A stretch of DNA of 64,000 nt from Thermoanaerobaculia bacterium (GTDB taxonomy: Bacteria > Acidobacteriota > Thermoanaerobaculia > Multivoradales > UBA5704), in assembly GCA_044226625.1 (NCBI GenBank), contig JBGAGQ010000001.1, positions 1 to 64,000 of the forward strand. Direction: 5' to 3'. The position numbers were made by a program, and so were the translations under genes. Numbering within the stretch: position 1 is the stretch's first letter; every line of letters begins with the position of its first letter. The notes below the pieces were generated by a model. It searched no databases and was not told where the DNA came from. It worked only from the letters and a program-made list of their open reading frames with translations. Below are positions 29,599 through 39,643 of the stretch, piece after piece.

Positions 29599-30981
29599 TT
29601 GGAAGTGACTCCTTCAATCCTTCGCGACCAGGAGGAATGGTCTGCCGTCCAGCGCCGGTTCGCCGAGTATTTCCTCGCCGAGCCCGAGTGCCGCGACGAG
29701 GCCGCCTTCGCCGCGCTCGCCGAGCGGGACGCCTTTCTCCGCTTCCACCTCCAGCGCTGGCTCATGTTCCTCGGCCCCCGGGCGAGCGAGGAGCTCGCAC
29801 GCTCGACGGTCGACGTCTGCCGCCTGGTCTGCGAGATCCCGCAGCGGGTGTTCCGGCTCGATCCCCAGGGGCTCGCCGAGTTCTACTCGATGCCGCGCGA
29901 GATCGCGCAGCTGATCGTCGAGCTGGTCCAGAAGACCGACTTCCTGCGCGACACGGTCTCGCGCGCCGATCTGATCTGGACGGCCCAGGGCTTGAAAGTC
30001 TGCGAGGTGAACGCCGCCGGCAACCTCGGCGGCTGGGAGGTGGGCGGCTGGCACGGCCGCTACCGCCGCGTCCCACCGCTCGCGCGCTTCCTCGATCGCG
30101 AAGCGGAGCGCGTCCGCCTGATCGATCCGCTCGACGAGTCGTACGCCCATTTCATCGACGTCGCCCTCCGTCGCGGCCTCGCCGGCTCGGGCGAGCTCAA
30201 CCTGGCGATGACCAGCGTCGAGCGGATGAACGACGCATTCAAGGCGTTCGTCGATCAGGGATACCAGCGGATGCTCGCGGCGAAGATCCCCGGCGCCCAG
30301 GGGCGCGTCGTGGTCTGTCGAGCGGAAGAGGTGACCGAGCGATCGGGCCGGCTCTCCGTCGGCGACCTGCCGATCCAGCTCGTGCTCGACGCCTCGCCCG
30401 ACCGCTTCAACCGCAACGTGTTCACCGCCCTGATGGCCGGCACCGCCTTCGCCTGGAACGGCCCGCTGTCGACCCTCCTCTCGGACAAGATGAACCTCGC
30501 GCTCCTCTCCGAGCTGGAGGCAAACGGCGAGCTTGCCCCGGCCGACGCCGAGACCGTCCGCCGTCACTTCCCCTGGACTCGCCGGGTGGTGGGCGACTTC
30601 ACCGACTTCCGCGGCGAGCGCGGTTACCTCCCCGACCTCCTCCTCGAGCACCGCAACGACCTCGTGCTCAAAGCCGGCCTCTCCTCCTCCGGCGTCGCCG
30701 TCCACCTCGGCCGCAACAACGCGGAGGGCGCCTGGCAGACCCTGATCGACCAGGCGATCGACGAAGGGGGATGGATCGTCCAGGAATTCGCCGACTCCCG
30801 CCCGTTCCTCCTCGGCGACCTCCAGGGCAACCCCGCCTGGCAGGACATCGTCTGGGGCACCTTCGACTATGGCGGCAAGTACGCCGGAGCGTTCCTGCGC
30901 CACAAGCCGTGCGAGCAGGAAGGAATCATCAACGCCGCCCAAGGGGCGACGATCGGCGTGTATTACGAGGCGACGGAGTAG
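29599..30981 (+). CDS. Circularly permuted ATP-grasp (glutathionylspermidine synthase-like) ligase
   Basis: RADL…KVCEVNA, SDKMNLALL, PWTR, VLK, GWIVQEF. Confidence 0.75.
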   Translation: MEVTPSILRDQEEWSAVQRRFAEYFLAEPECRDEAAFAALAERDAFLRFHLQRWLMFLGPRASEELARSTVDVCRLVCEIPQRVFRLDPQGLAEFYSMPREIAQLIVELVQKTDFLRDTVSRADLIWTAQGLKVCEVNAAGNLGGWEVGGWHGRYRRVPPLARFLDREAERVRLIDPLDESYAHFIDVALRRGLAGSGELNLAMTSVERMNDAFKAFVDQGYQRMLAAKIPGAQGRVVVCRAEEVTERSGRLSVGDLPIQLVLDASPDRFNRNVFTALMAGTAFAWNGPLSTLLSDKMNLALLSELEANGELAPADAETVRRHFPWTRRVVGDFTDFRGERGYLPDLLLEHRNDLVLKAGLSSSGVAVHLGRNNAEGAWQTLIDQAIDEGGWIVQEFADSRPFLLGDLQGNPAWQDIVWGTFDYGGKYAGAFLRHKPCEQEGIINAAQGATIGVYYEATE

Positions 30982-30993
30982 GGAACCTCCTTC

Positions 30994-33132
30994 CTACCCC
31001 GCGTCCAGCGCCCCCACCCGCTTCCTGACTCTCGCTTCGATCCGCGCCCGGAGGGAGGCGAGCTCCGGGTCGTCCCAGCGCTCGAGCAGCTCTCGGGCGT
31101 CGTCCCGGGCGCGGGCGAGCCACTCTTCGTCGGCGGCCAGATCGGCGATGCGGAACAGGGGCACTCCCGCCTGCCTCGTCCCGAGCAGCTCGCCGGGGCC
31201 TCGGATGGCGAGGTCGGCTTCGGCGATGCGGAAACCGTCGGTGGTCTCGGCGAAGACCTCCAGCCGGCGGCGCCCTTCTTCGGACAGTCGACCGTGGATC
31301 GCGACGCAGGAGGAAGCGGCGCTCCCCCGTCCGACCCGGCCGCGGAGCTGGTGGAGCTGGGCGAGGCCGAAGCGCTCGGCGCTCTCGATCACCATCCAGG
31401 TCGCTTCGGGCACGTCGATGCCGACCTCGATCACGGTGGTCGACACGAGCAGCCGGATCGAGCCCTCGGCGAACGAACGGAGGATCGCCTCGCGCTCGGG
31501 CGAAGGGAGGCGCCCGTGGAGCGCCGCGCTCGGCACGTCCGGAAACTGCGAACGGACGAGCTCCCCCAGCTCTGCGACCGAGCCCGCGTCGACCTCTTCG
31601 CTCTCTTCGATCAGCGGAAAGACCACGTAGGCGCGCCCTCCCGCCGACAGCTCGCGGCCGAGGCGGGCGTAGATGTCCTTCCTGCGCGCGGCGGCGACGA
31701 CCTCGGTCGCGATCGGAGAGCGGCCGGGCGGAAGCTCATCCAATACCGACAGATCGAGGTCGCCGTAGAGCGCGAGGGTGAGCGAACGCGGAATCGGCGT
31801 CGCGGTCATCACGAGGAGATCGGGGCGCTCGCCCTTGCCTTGCAGCAGGCGGCGCTGCGCGACCCCGAAGCGATGCTGCTCGTCCACCACCGCGAGACCG
31901 AGACGGGCGAAGCGGATCCCTTCCTGGATCAGCGCGTGCGTTCCCACCGCGATCTGGATCTCGCCGCGCGCGAGCGCCTCGCGCCGCGCGGCGCGGTCGG
32001 CGGCCGAAGCCGAGAGGAGACCCACCCGGTAGCGCCCGCCGAGCAGCCGCTCGAGGCTCGCGAAATGCTGTTCCGCCAGGAGCTCGGTCGGCGCCATGAA
32101 CGCGCCTTGAAAACCGTTCTCCGCGGTGATCGCGAGCGAGAGCGCCGCGACGATCGTCTTGCCGCTCCCGACGTCCCCTTGCAGCAAACGGAGCATGGGG
32201 TGGCCGCCGGTGAGGTCGGCGGCGATCTCCGACAGGGCACGCCGCTGCGCGGCGGTCAGCCGGAACGGCAGGATCGACCGCGCGACCGAGCGGACGCGGT
32301 CGTCGATGCGGTAGCGGTGGGCCCGCGCTTCCTGAACCCGGAGTGCCCGGAATCGCGCGATTTCGAGCTGGAAGGCGAGCAGCTCGCCGTAGATCAGACG
32401 CCTCTGGGCGGGGGTGCTCCGGGCGGCCAACGCCTCCGGGTCGGCGTCGTCCGGAGGGCGATGGAGGAACGCGATCGCCTCGCCGATCGAGGGCAAGTCG
32501 TGGCGGGCGCGGAGCGTGTCCGGTAGATGCTCGGGAATCGCCGCGAGGTCGAGCCGGTCGAGCGCGGCGTCGAGCAGTCGCCGCAACAGCGGAGTCGACA
32601 GCCCCGCGACCGCCGGATAGATCGGCGCGATGCGGCCGCCGTGAAACGCGGTCTCGGCCCGTTCGCAGGTGGGATTCTGGAGCTGGATCGCCGGCCGGGC
32701 GTCGCCGCTTTCGTCGGGATCTCCCGGGTCGCTTCGCTTGCCTTTGGCCGCTCGCACCGGCTGGAGGGAACCCCAGAGGAGGTAGCTCTCCCCGGGGACG
32801 ATCTGACGGTCGAGATAGGGCCGGTTGAACCAGACCACCGGCAGCTCCCCCGTTTCATCCAGGACCACACCGCGAACGAGCGAGAGGCCGCGCTTGCGCA
32901 CCCGCACCGCGGCGAGCCGCTCGATCCGGCCGACGATCCCGACCGATCCGCTCCCCGGGCCGGCCAGGACGTCGGCGACCGTGGAGAGACTGCGGCGGTC
33001 CTCGTAACGGAAAGGAAGGTGGAAGAGGAGATCCGCCACCCGCCGGAAGCCGGCTTCGGCGAGGGCCCGCGCCCGCGCGGGACCGATGCCCGGGAGCGCC
33101 TCGATCGGCGAGGACGAGGTGAGGTTCTTCAG
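30994..33132 (-). CDS. recG: ATP-dependent DNA helicase RecG (likely CTG start)
   Basis: LQGDVGSGKT, DEQHRFG, MTATPIPR, QLRGRVGR; LPGIGP N-terminus upstream of the GTG. Confidence 0.95.
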   Translation of the reverse strand: MKNLTSSSPIEALPGIGPARARALAEAGFRRVADLLFHLPFRYEDRRSLSTVADVLAGPGSGSVGIVGRIERLAAVRVRKRGLSLVRGVVLDETGELPVVWFNRPYLDRQIVPGESYLLWGSLQPVRAAKGKRSDPGDPDESGDARPAIQLQNPTCERAETAFHGGRIAPIYPAVAGLSTPLLRRLLDAALDRLDLAAIPEHLPDTLRARHDLPSIGEAIAFLHRPPDDADPEALAARSTPAQRRLIYGELLAFQLEIARFRALRVQEARAHRYRIDDRVRSVARSILPFRLTAAQRRALSEIAADLTGGHPMLRLLQGDVGSGKTIVAALSLAITAENGFQGAFMAPTELLAEQHFASLERLLGGRYRVGLLSASAADRAARREALARGEIQIAVGTHALIQEGIRFARLGLAVVDEQHRFGVAQRRLLQGKGERPDLLVMTATPIPRSLTLALYGDLDLSVLDELPPGRSPIATEVVAAARRKDIYARLGRELSAGGRAYVVFPLIEESEEVDAGSVAELGELVRSQFPDVPSAALHGRLPSPEREAILRSFAEGSIRLLVSTTVIEVGIDVPEATWMVIESAERFGLAQLHQLRGRVGRGSAASSCVAIHGRLSEEGRRRLEVFAETTDGFRIAEADLAIRGPGELLGTRQAGVPLFRIADLAADEEWLARARDDARELLERWDDPELASLRARIEARVRKRVGALDAG

Positions 33133-33947
33133 GAGCCTTCGGGAAGCTCGAACCGGAGGGCGACCACACCCAGCTTGATCTCGTCGCCGTGCTTGAGCTC
33201 GGAGGGGACCCCTTTTTCGAGCCGCCCGCCGTTCAAGAACGTGTTGTTCATCGTGCCGATCTCTTCGCCGAGGAAGAACTTGTTGCCCTGACGGTAGATC
33301 TTGGCATGACGGCGGGAGACGGCGCGCTGGCTGTCGACCGGGGTGAGGTCGATGTCCGGGTAGATGCCGGTGACCGGATCGCGCCGGCCGATCGACGTCT
33401 CCGGGCCGGTCGAGATCGGGAACTCCATCCCCGAAGGGACGTGAACCACGCGCTCCTTCGCGGTCGATTCCTCCGTCGGCGGATCCTGCTGCGGCAGCTC
33501 GCTCGCCTCGCGGCTCTGGCCGACCTGCGCGAGCGCCTCGACCAGGAGGGCGTCGGCTTCGCGCAGCCGGCGCGAGAGCTTGCGCATCATGCGCACCGCG
33601 ATCTCGGGGTTCCGTTGCAGCATGCCCGAGAACATCGTGCCGTTGATCATCACCAGCTTGACCGACGTGAGGGCCCGGATCGACGCCGCCCGCGGCAGCT
33701 CTTCGAGCAGCGACATCTCGCCGAAGAAGTCGCCCTTCTCGAGCACGGCGATCTGATGCTCTTCCTCGCCCGCGCGGTTGAGCACCTCGACCTGCCCCTC
33801 GTGGACGATGTACATCTCGGTCCCGAGCTCTCCCTCGCGGAAGACGTAGTCGCCCGCCGCGAACTCGACCAGGAGGTCCTCGCCCTTGCGCGCCACACCC
33901 TCCGCGGGCGCGGGGCCACCGGTCGTCTTGAACACGGGTTTCGACAT
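33129..33947 (-). CDS. Cyclic-nucleotide-binding + FHA domain protein
   Basis: GDFFGEMSL…PRAAS (cNMP); IGRRD…VSRRHA…MNNTFLNG (FHA). Confidence 0.9.
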   Translation of the reverse strand: MSKPVFKTTGGPAPAEGVARKGEDLLVEFAAGDYVFREGELGTEMYIVHEGQVEVLNRAGEEEHQIAVLEKGDFFGEMSLLEELPRAASIRALTSVKLVMINGTMFSGMLQRNPEIAVRMMRKLSRRLREADALLVEALAQVGQSREASELPQQDPPTEESTAKERVVHVPSGMEFPISTGPETSIGRRDPVTGIYPDIDLTPVDSQRAVSRRHAKIYRQGNKFFLGEEIGTMNNTFLNGGRLEKGVPSELKHGDEIKLGVVALRFELPEGS

Positions 33948-33952
33948 TGAGG

Positions 33953-34888
33953 TCAGCTCGCTCCGAGAATCAATCGAGAGCCCGCCGCGTCCAGGATCGC
34001 GGGCAGCCCCAGGGGCAGCGTCCAGTTCGGGCTTCGGTGCCCGCTATTATGGCCGATCCCGACCGGCCCCGGGAAGGCGCCGAGGGCATCCGCCAAAACC
34101 GCCCGCCATTCGCCGTCCGAGGCGAGGGGGTGGTTGCCGTCGTCGAGATGGCCGAACAGGAGGCCCGCCAGCCGGTCGAGCTGCCCGGACAGGCGCAGTT
34201 GGGCGAGCATCCGGTCGACCCGGTACGGCGGCTCTCCGACGTCTTCGAGCAGCAGGATCGAGCCGTCGAGGTCGGCCGCGTAGGGCGTGCCGAGGGTCGC
34301 CGTGATCAGGCTCAGACAGCCGCCGAGGAGCACGCCGGAGACCGGCTCCCGCTCCGCCCCCCCGTCCCGATTGGGGAACAGCGAGCCGCCGAACGCCTGG
34401 ATCGCCGGGTAGCGCCCGGCGAGCGCCCCCACGAACGACGCGCGCTCCGCCTCGTCCTGGCCGCGCGCGAAATCGGCGGCGACCATCGGTCCGTAGAACG
34501 AGACCAGCCCCAACCGGCGCACGACCTCGAGCAGGAAGGGCGTGAGATCGGAAAAGCCGACATAGGCACGCGGGTGGGAGGCGAGCAGCTCCCAATCGAT
34601 GCCGGGCAGGACGCGCAGCAGCCCGTGGCCGCCGCGGGCGAAGACGATCGCCGCGATCGAGGGATCGGCGGCGAGCTCGTGGAACGCCGCGAGGCGGAAG
34701 GCGTCGTCGCCGGCGAACATCCCCCACCGGGTCGCGAGATTCGCCGCGGGAACGGGCACGAAACCGAGCCGCTCGAGCGCGGCCGTGCCGAGAGCGAGAC
34801 GCTCCGGGTCGATCGGCCCGGACAGCGCGGCGATCCCGATCCGGTCGCCGGCCAGGACGGGGGGAGGGAGTTGGGCGGGTGCGATCAA
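33953..34888 (-). CDS. LD-carboxypeptidase (S66)
   Basis: ARGGHG, GFSDLT, LEDVGE, SGH. Confidence 0.92.
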   Translation of the reverse strand: MIAPAQLPPPVLAGDRIGIAALSGPIDPERLALGTAALERLGFVPVPAANLATRWGMFAGDDAFRLAAFHELAADPSIAAIVFARGGHGLLRVLPGIDWELLASHPRAYVGFSDLTPFLLEVVRRLGLVSFYGPMVAADFARGQDEAERASFVGALAGRYPAIQAFGGSLFPNRDGGAEREPVSGVLLGGCLSLITATLGTPYAADLDGSILLLEDVGEPPYRVDRMLAQLRLSGQLDRLAGLLFGHLDDGNHPLASDGEWRAVLADALGAFPGPVGIGHNSGHRSPNWTLPLGLPAILDAAGSRLILGAS

Positions 34889-34986
34889 GCCTTGAGTCTA
34901 TGAGAACTCGGCACGGGAGGGCATCGAGGGATCGAGCCAGGCTCCGCACCGGAGCCCGAAGGTTTCGGAAAGAGAAAGGAGATAGA

Positions 34987-35413
<427 letters not shown>

Positions 35414-35485
35414 GACACCATTGTACCTCGGTCGGCCATAGCCCTCCTCGGCTTCCACCTCGGCACCCTCTGATAGCATGCGCCG

Positions 35486-36661
35486 GTGAAGCTCTCATCG
35501 AGGATCTCCCGCGTCGGCGAATCCGCCACGCTCAAGGTAGCTCGTCGCGCTCTCGCTCTGAAAAAGGAAGGGATCGACCTCGTCGACCTCGGCGCCGGGG
35601 AGCCGGACTTCCCCACGCCGAAGGTCGCCGTCGAGGCCGCCCGCGCGGCGCTCGCCGAAGGGTTCACCAAGTACACCGCGGGCAGCGGCATCCCCGAGCT
35701 GCGCGCCCAGGTCGCCGCGTTCCACCGTGCCCGCTGGGGCTCGCCCTGGACGGCAGCCGAGACCGTGATCTCGGTCGGCGGCAAGGCGGGTCTGTTCGAG
35801 GTCGCGATGTCGATCGCCGAGCCGGGCGCGGAGGTGATCATCCCCTCCCCCTGCTGGGTGAGCCTGCCGGCGCAGATCGAGCTCGCCGGCGGAACGCCCG
35901 TGCTCGTGCCCACCTCACCCGAGAACGGCTTCGCGCTCCACGCCGAAGCGTTGCTCGCGGCGGTCACGGAGCGGACGCGGGCGATCCTGATCAACTCGCC
36001 GTCGAATCCGACCGGGGGCCTGATCTCGCCGGCGGAGCTGCGCGCCCTCGTCCAGGGCGCAGCCGAGCGCGATCTGCTCGTGATCGCCGACGAGACCTAC
36101 GTCCGCCTGGTCTACGACGGCGCTCCGATGGCGACGGTGGCCGCCGTCGCCGCCGAGTTTTCCGACACCGTCGTCCTCGTCGGCTCGTTCTCGAAAAGCT
36201 ACGCGATGACCGGCTGGCGCGTGGGCTACGTGCTTGGCCCGCCGCCGCTGATCAAGGCGGTCGAAGGGGTGCAGAGCCACGTCACCTCGAATCCGACCTC
36301 GTTCGCCATGGTGGGGGCGCTCGCCGCCCTCGAGCACGCCGAGCCCGAGGTCGAAACGATGATCGCGACCTACCAGGAGCGGCGGGATTTCCTGATTCCG
36401 CGGTTGAACGCGATCCCAGGCCTCTGCTGCGCCCCGCCGGGCGGGGCGTTCTATGCTTTTCCCAAGGCGACCGGCGCGTTTCGCCCTGGCCGCTCCGACT
36501 CGGTTTCGCTCTCCGAGTTCCTGCTCGAAGAGGCGCGGGTGGCCGTGGTGCCCGGCTCGGCGTTCGGCGCCGACGAGCACGTTCGGCTGTCGTTCGCGAC
36601 CTCGATCGAAGAGCTCGAACGCGGCCTCGAACGGATCGACGCGGCGCTCCGCCGCGTCTGA
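35486..36661 (+). CDS. PLP-dependent aminotransferase class I/II (aspartate aminotransferase-like)
   Basis: GEPDFPTP, NSPSNPTG, SFSKSYAMTGWRVG. Confidence 0.93.
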   Translation: MKLSSRISRVGESATLKVARRALALKKEGIDLVDLGAGEPDFPTPKVAVEAARAALAEGFTKYTAGSGIPELRAQVAAFHRARWGSPWTAAETVISVGGKAGLFEVAMSIAEPGAEVIIPSPCWVSLPAQIELAGGTPVLVPTSPENGFALHAEALLAAVTERTRAILINSPSNPTGGLISPAELRALVQGAAERDLLVIADETYVRLVYDGAPMATVAAVAAEFSDTVVLVGSFSKSYAMTGWRVGYVLGPPPLIKAVEGVQSHVTSNPTSFAMVGALAALEHAEPEVETMIATYQERRDFLIPRLNAIPGLCCAPPGGAFYAFPKATGAFRPGRSDSVSLSEFLLEEARVAVVPGSAFGADEHVRLSFATSIEELERGLERIDAALRRV

Positions 36662-36723
36662 GGCGGCACGGCCGCCCCGCTCGACGCCCCCTTTTCACCG
36701 AAATCCCTCCAAGGAGGACACCG

Positions 36724-38550
36724 ATGCTCCACCGAAGCCCCCTGGCCCGCCGGGTCTTCGCCCCCGGCCTGGCACTCGGCCTGTTGGCGCTCGCCGCCGG
36801 GCCGATGCGCGCGGCCGAAGCCCCGCCGACGGTCGACGAAGCGGTCCGATTCGTCGCCGAGGCCGAACAGCGCCTGACCGAGCTCGGCCTCGAAGCGCAG
36901 CGCGCCGACTGGGTCAAGCAGAACTTCATCACCGTCGACACCGAGATGATCTCGGCCAAAGCCGGCGAGCGCGCCGTCACCGCCGCCGTCGAGTACGCGA
37001 AGAAGGCGCCCCGCTATGACGGCCTCGCGGTGCCCGCCGACGTGCGGCGGAAGCTCGAGTTCCTGAAGACCTCGCTGGTCGTTCCGGCGCCGAGCGATCC
37101 CAAGAAGACCGCGGAGCTTTCGCAGATCACCGCCTCGCTCGACGCCGACTACGGCCGGGGGAAATACTGCCCGCAAGGCAAAGAGTGCATGGACATCGAG
37201 AAGCTCTCCGACGTGATCGACCAGAGCACCAACCCGGCCGAGCTCCTGGAGGTCTGGAAGGGCTGGCACGCGATCGCGCCGCCGATGCGGGAGCGCTTCA
37301 CCCGCTACGTCGAGCTGGGCAATGAAGGCGCCCGCGAGCTGGGCTACCGCGACATGGGCGCCCTCTGGCGCTCGAAGTACGACATGCCGGCGGACGACTT
37401 CGCCAAAGAGGTCGACCGCCTCTGGAACCAGGTGAAGCCGCTCTACGACCAGCTCCACTGCTACGTGCGCGCGAAGCTGGTCCAGAAGTACGGCCCCGAG
37501 CTGGTCAAGCCGAACGAGCCGATTCCGGCCCACCTGCTCGGCAACATGTGGGCGCAGGACTGGACCAACATCTACCCCATGGTCGCCCCGCCGACCGCCG
37601 ATCCGGGCTACCTGCTCACCGACCGGCTCAAGGCGAAGGGGACCGACGAGATCGGCATGGTCAAGTACGGCGAGGGCTTCTTCACTTCGCTCGGCTTCGC
37701 GCCGCTGCCGGCGACCTTCTGGGAGCGCTCGCTGATCGTCCAGCCGCGCGACCGCGACGTGGTCTGCCACGCCTCGGCCTGGGATCTCGACAACGAGGAC
37801 GACCTGCGGATCAAGATGTGCACCCAGGTCAACGCCGAAGACTTCGGCACCATCCACCACGAGCTCGGCCACAACTTCTACCAGCGCGCCTATAAGACGC
37901 AGCCGCCGCTGTTCCGCGACAGCGCGAACGACGGCTTCCACGAGGCCGTGGGCGACGCGGTGGCGCTCTCGATCACCCCGGAGTACTTGAAGAAGCTCGG
38001 TCTGATCGACGCCGTGCCCGATCCGTCGAAGGACGTCGGCCTGCTGCTCGACCGCGCGCTCGACAAGATCGCCTTCCTGCCCTTCGGCCTGATGGTCGAC
38101 CAGTGGCGTTGGAAGGTCTTCTCGGGGGAGATCAAGCCCGAGCACTACAACGAGACCTGGTGGCAGCTGCGCCGCAAGTATCAGGGCGTCCAGCCGCCGG
38201 TCGCGCGCACCGAGGCCGATTTCGACCCGGCCGCGAAGTACCACGTCGCGGCGAGCGTGCCGTATACCCGTTATTTCCTGGCGGCGATCCTCCAGTTCCA
38301 GTTCCACCGCGCGCTCTGCCAGGCCGCGGGGGTGACCGGGCCGCTCCATCGCTGCTCGATCTACGGCAGCAAGGAAGCGGGCGCGAAGCTCGACAAGATG
38401 CTCTCGATGGGCGCGAGCCGCCCCTGGCCCGACGCGCTTGAGGCGCTCACCGGCAGCCGCCAGATGGACGCGACCGCGATCGTCGACTACTTCCAGCCGT
38501 TGCTCGACTGGCTCAAGGTGCAGAACAAGGGCCAGACCTGCGGTTGGTGA
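36724..38550 (+). CDS. Peptidase M2 (ACE-like peptidyl-dipeptidase A), secreted
   Basis: [31 protein letters not shown]; AAGGAGG RBS. Confidence 0.95.
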   Translation: MLHRSPLARRVFAPGLALGLLALAAGPMRAAEAPPTVDEAVRFVAEAEQRLTELGLEAQRADWVKQNFITVDTEMISAKAGERAVTAAVEYAKKAPRYDGLAVPADVRRKLEFLKTSLVVPAPSDPKKTAELSQITASLDADYGRGKYCPQGKECMDIEKLSDVIDQSTNPAELLEVWKGWHAIAPPMRERFTRYVELGNEGARELGYRDMGALWRSKYDMPADDFAKEVDRLWNQVKPLYDQLHCYVRAKLVQKYGPELVKPNEPIPAHLLGNMWAQDWTNIYPMVAPPTADPGYLLTDRLKAKGTDEIGMVKYGEGFFTSLGFAPLPATFWERSLIVQPRDRDVVCHASAWDLDNEDDLRIKMCTQVNAEDFGTIHHELGHNFYQRAYKTQPPLFRDSANDGFHEAVGDAVALSITPEYLKKLGLIDAVPDPSKDVGLLLDRALDKIAFLPFGLMVDQWRWKVFSGEIKPEHYNETWWQLRRKYQGVQPPVARTEADFDPAAKYHVAASVPYTRYFLAAILQFQFHRALCQAAGVTGPLHRCSIYGSKEAGAKLDKMLSMGASRPWPDALEALTGSRQMDATAIVDYFQPLLDWLKVQNKGQTCGW

Positions 38551-38597
38551 TCTAAGCCCTGCCCCGGGGCCGGTCCGAACGCGGTAGTCTTGCCGCA

Positions 38598-39641
38598 ATG
38601 TTCCGGACCGGCCCCGTCGTCCTCCAAGCGCTTCTCCTCGCTTCGGCCTGCGGGCGCACCGAGCCCGGACCGACCGACGAGTCGGCCGCGGCCCGGGCCG
38701 GGTCGGCCCAACCGAAGCTGGTCCGCAGCACCGTCGCCTACACCCTCCGAGAAAAAGACCTGATCCCCGAGGGGATCGCCGCCGATCCCGGCACCCACCG
38801 GCTGTTCGTCGGCAGCGTCGAGAAACGGAAGATCCAGGTGATTTCCTCCGAGGGCAAGGAGAGCACCTTCGTGCCGAGCGGCGCCGCGGGTCTGGGTCCC
38901 GTGATCGGCCTGCGCGTCGACGCCGAGCATGGCCGCCTTTGGGCGGTCTCCGAGCCGACCGGCCGGCCGAAGAGCGACCCGGCCACGTTTCGCGGTCTCT
39001 ACGCCTTCACCCTGTCCGACGGCTCCCTCGCGGCGAAGATCGAGCTGCCCCGTTCGTTCGGCTCGGTCCACGCGCTCAACGACCTCTGCCTCGATTCCCA
39101 GGGCACCGTCTACGTGACCGACAGCGATCCCGGCTCGCTCTATTTCGCGCGGCCGGGGGAAAAGAAGCTCACCGCGCTGCCGCTCGCCTCGGAGGCGAAA
39201 CAGGCCCTCCGCTTCGCCAACGGCATCGCCTGCGCGGGTGAGCAGAACCGCCTCTACGTCGCGGTCGCCGCCGGCATCGCCGCGGTCGATCCGAAGACCG
39301 GCACCGCCCGCATCCTCACCGCCCCACCGGGCGTCGCCGCCAACGCGCTCGGCGGCTGCGACGGGCTCTACCGCCAGACCCGCACCACCCTGGTCGCGAT
39401 CCAAAACGGCCACGGCGCCGAGCGCGTCCTCCGCGCCACGCTCGACCCAACCGGCCTCGCGATCCAGAAAATCGAGACCCTCGAGATCGGCCAGCCCCAC
39501 TTCGACATCCCCACCACCGGCGCGATCCTCGACGGCGCCCTGTACTTCATCGCCAACAGCCAGGTCGGCAACTACGACAAGGTGGGAAATCTCGACCGCC
39601 GCGGGCTCAAGCGGCCGGTGATCTTGCGGCTGGGGCTGTAG
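38598..39641 (+). CDS. SMP-30/gluconolactonase-like beta-propeller lipoprotein
   Basis: LASAC lipobox; PEGIA, LNDL, VTDS, NGIA, DGL. Confidence 0.8.
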   Translation: MFRTGPVVLQALLLASACGRTEPGPTDESAAARAGSAQPKLVRSTVAYTLREKDLIPEGIAADPGTHRLFVGSVEKRKIQVISSEGKESTFVPSGAAGLGPVIGLRVDAEHGRLWAVSEPTGRPKSDPATFRGLYAFTLSDGSLAAKIELPRSFGSVHALNDLCLDSQGTVYVTDSDPGSLYFARPGEKKLTALPLASEAKQALRFANGIACAGEQNRLYVAVAAGIAAVDPKTGTARILTAPPGVAANALGGCDGLYRQTRTTLVAIQNGHGAERVLRATLDPTGLAIQKIETLEIGQPHFDIPTTGAILDGALYFIANSQVGNYDKVGNLDRRGLKRPVILRLGL

Positions 39642-39643
39642 GG

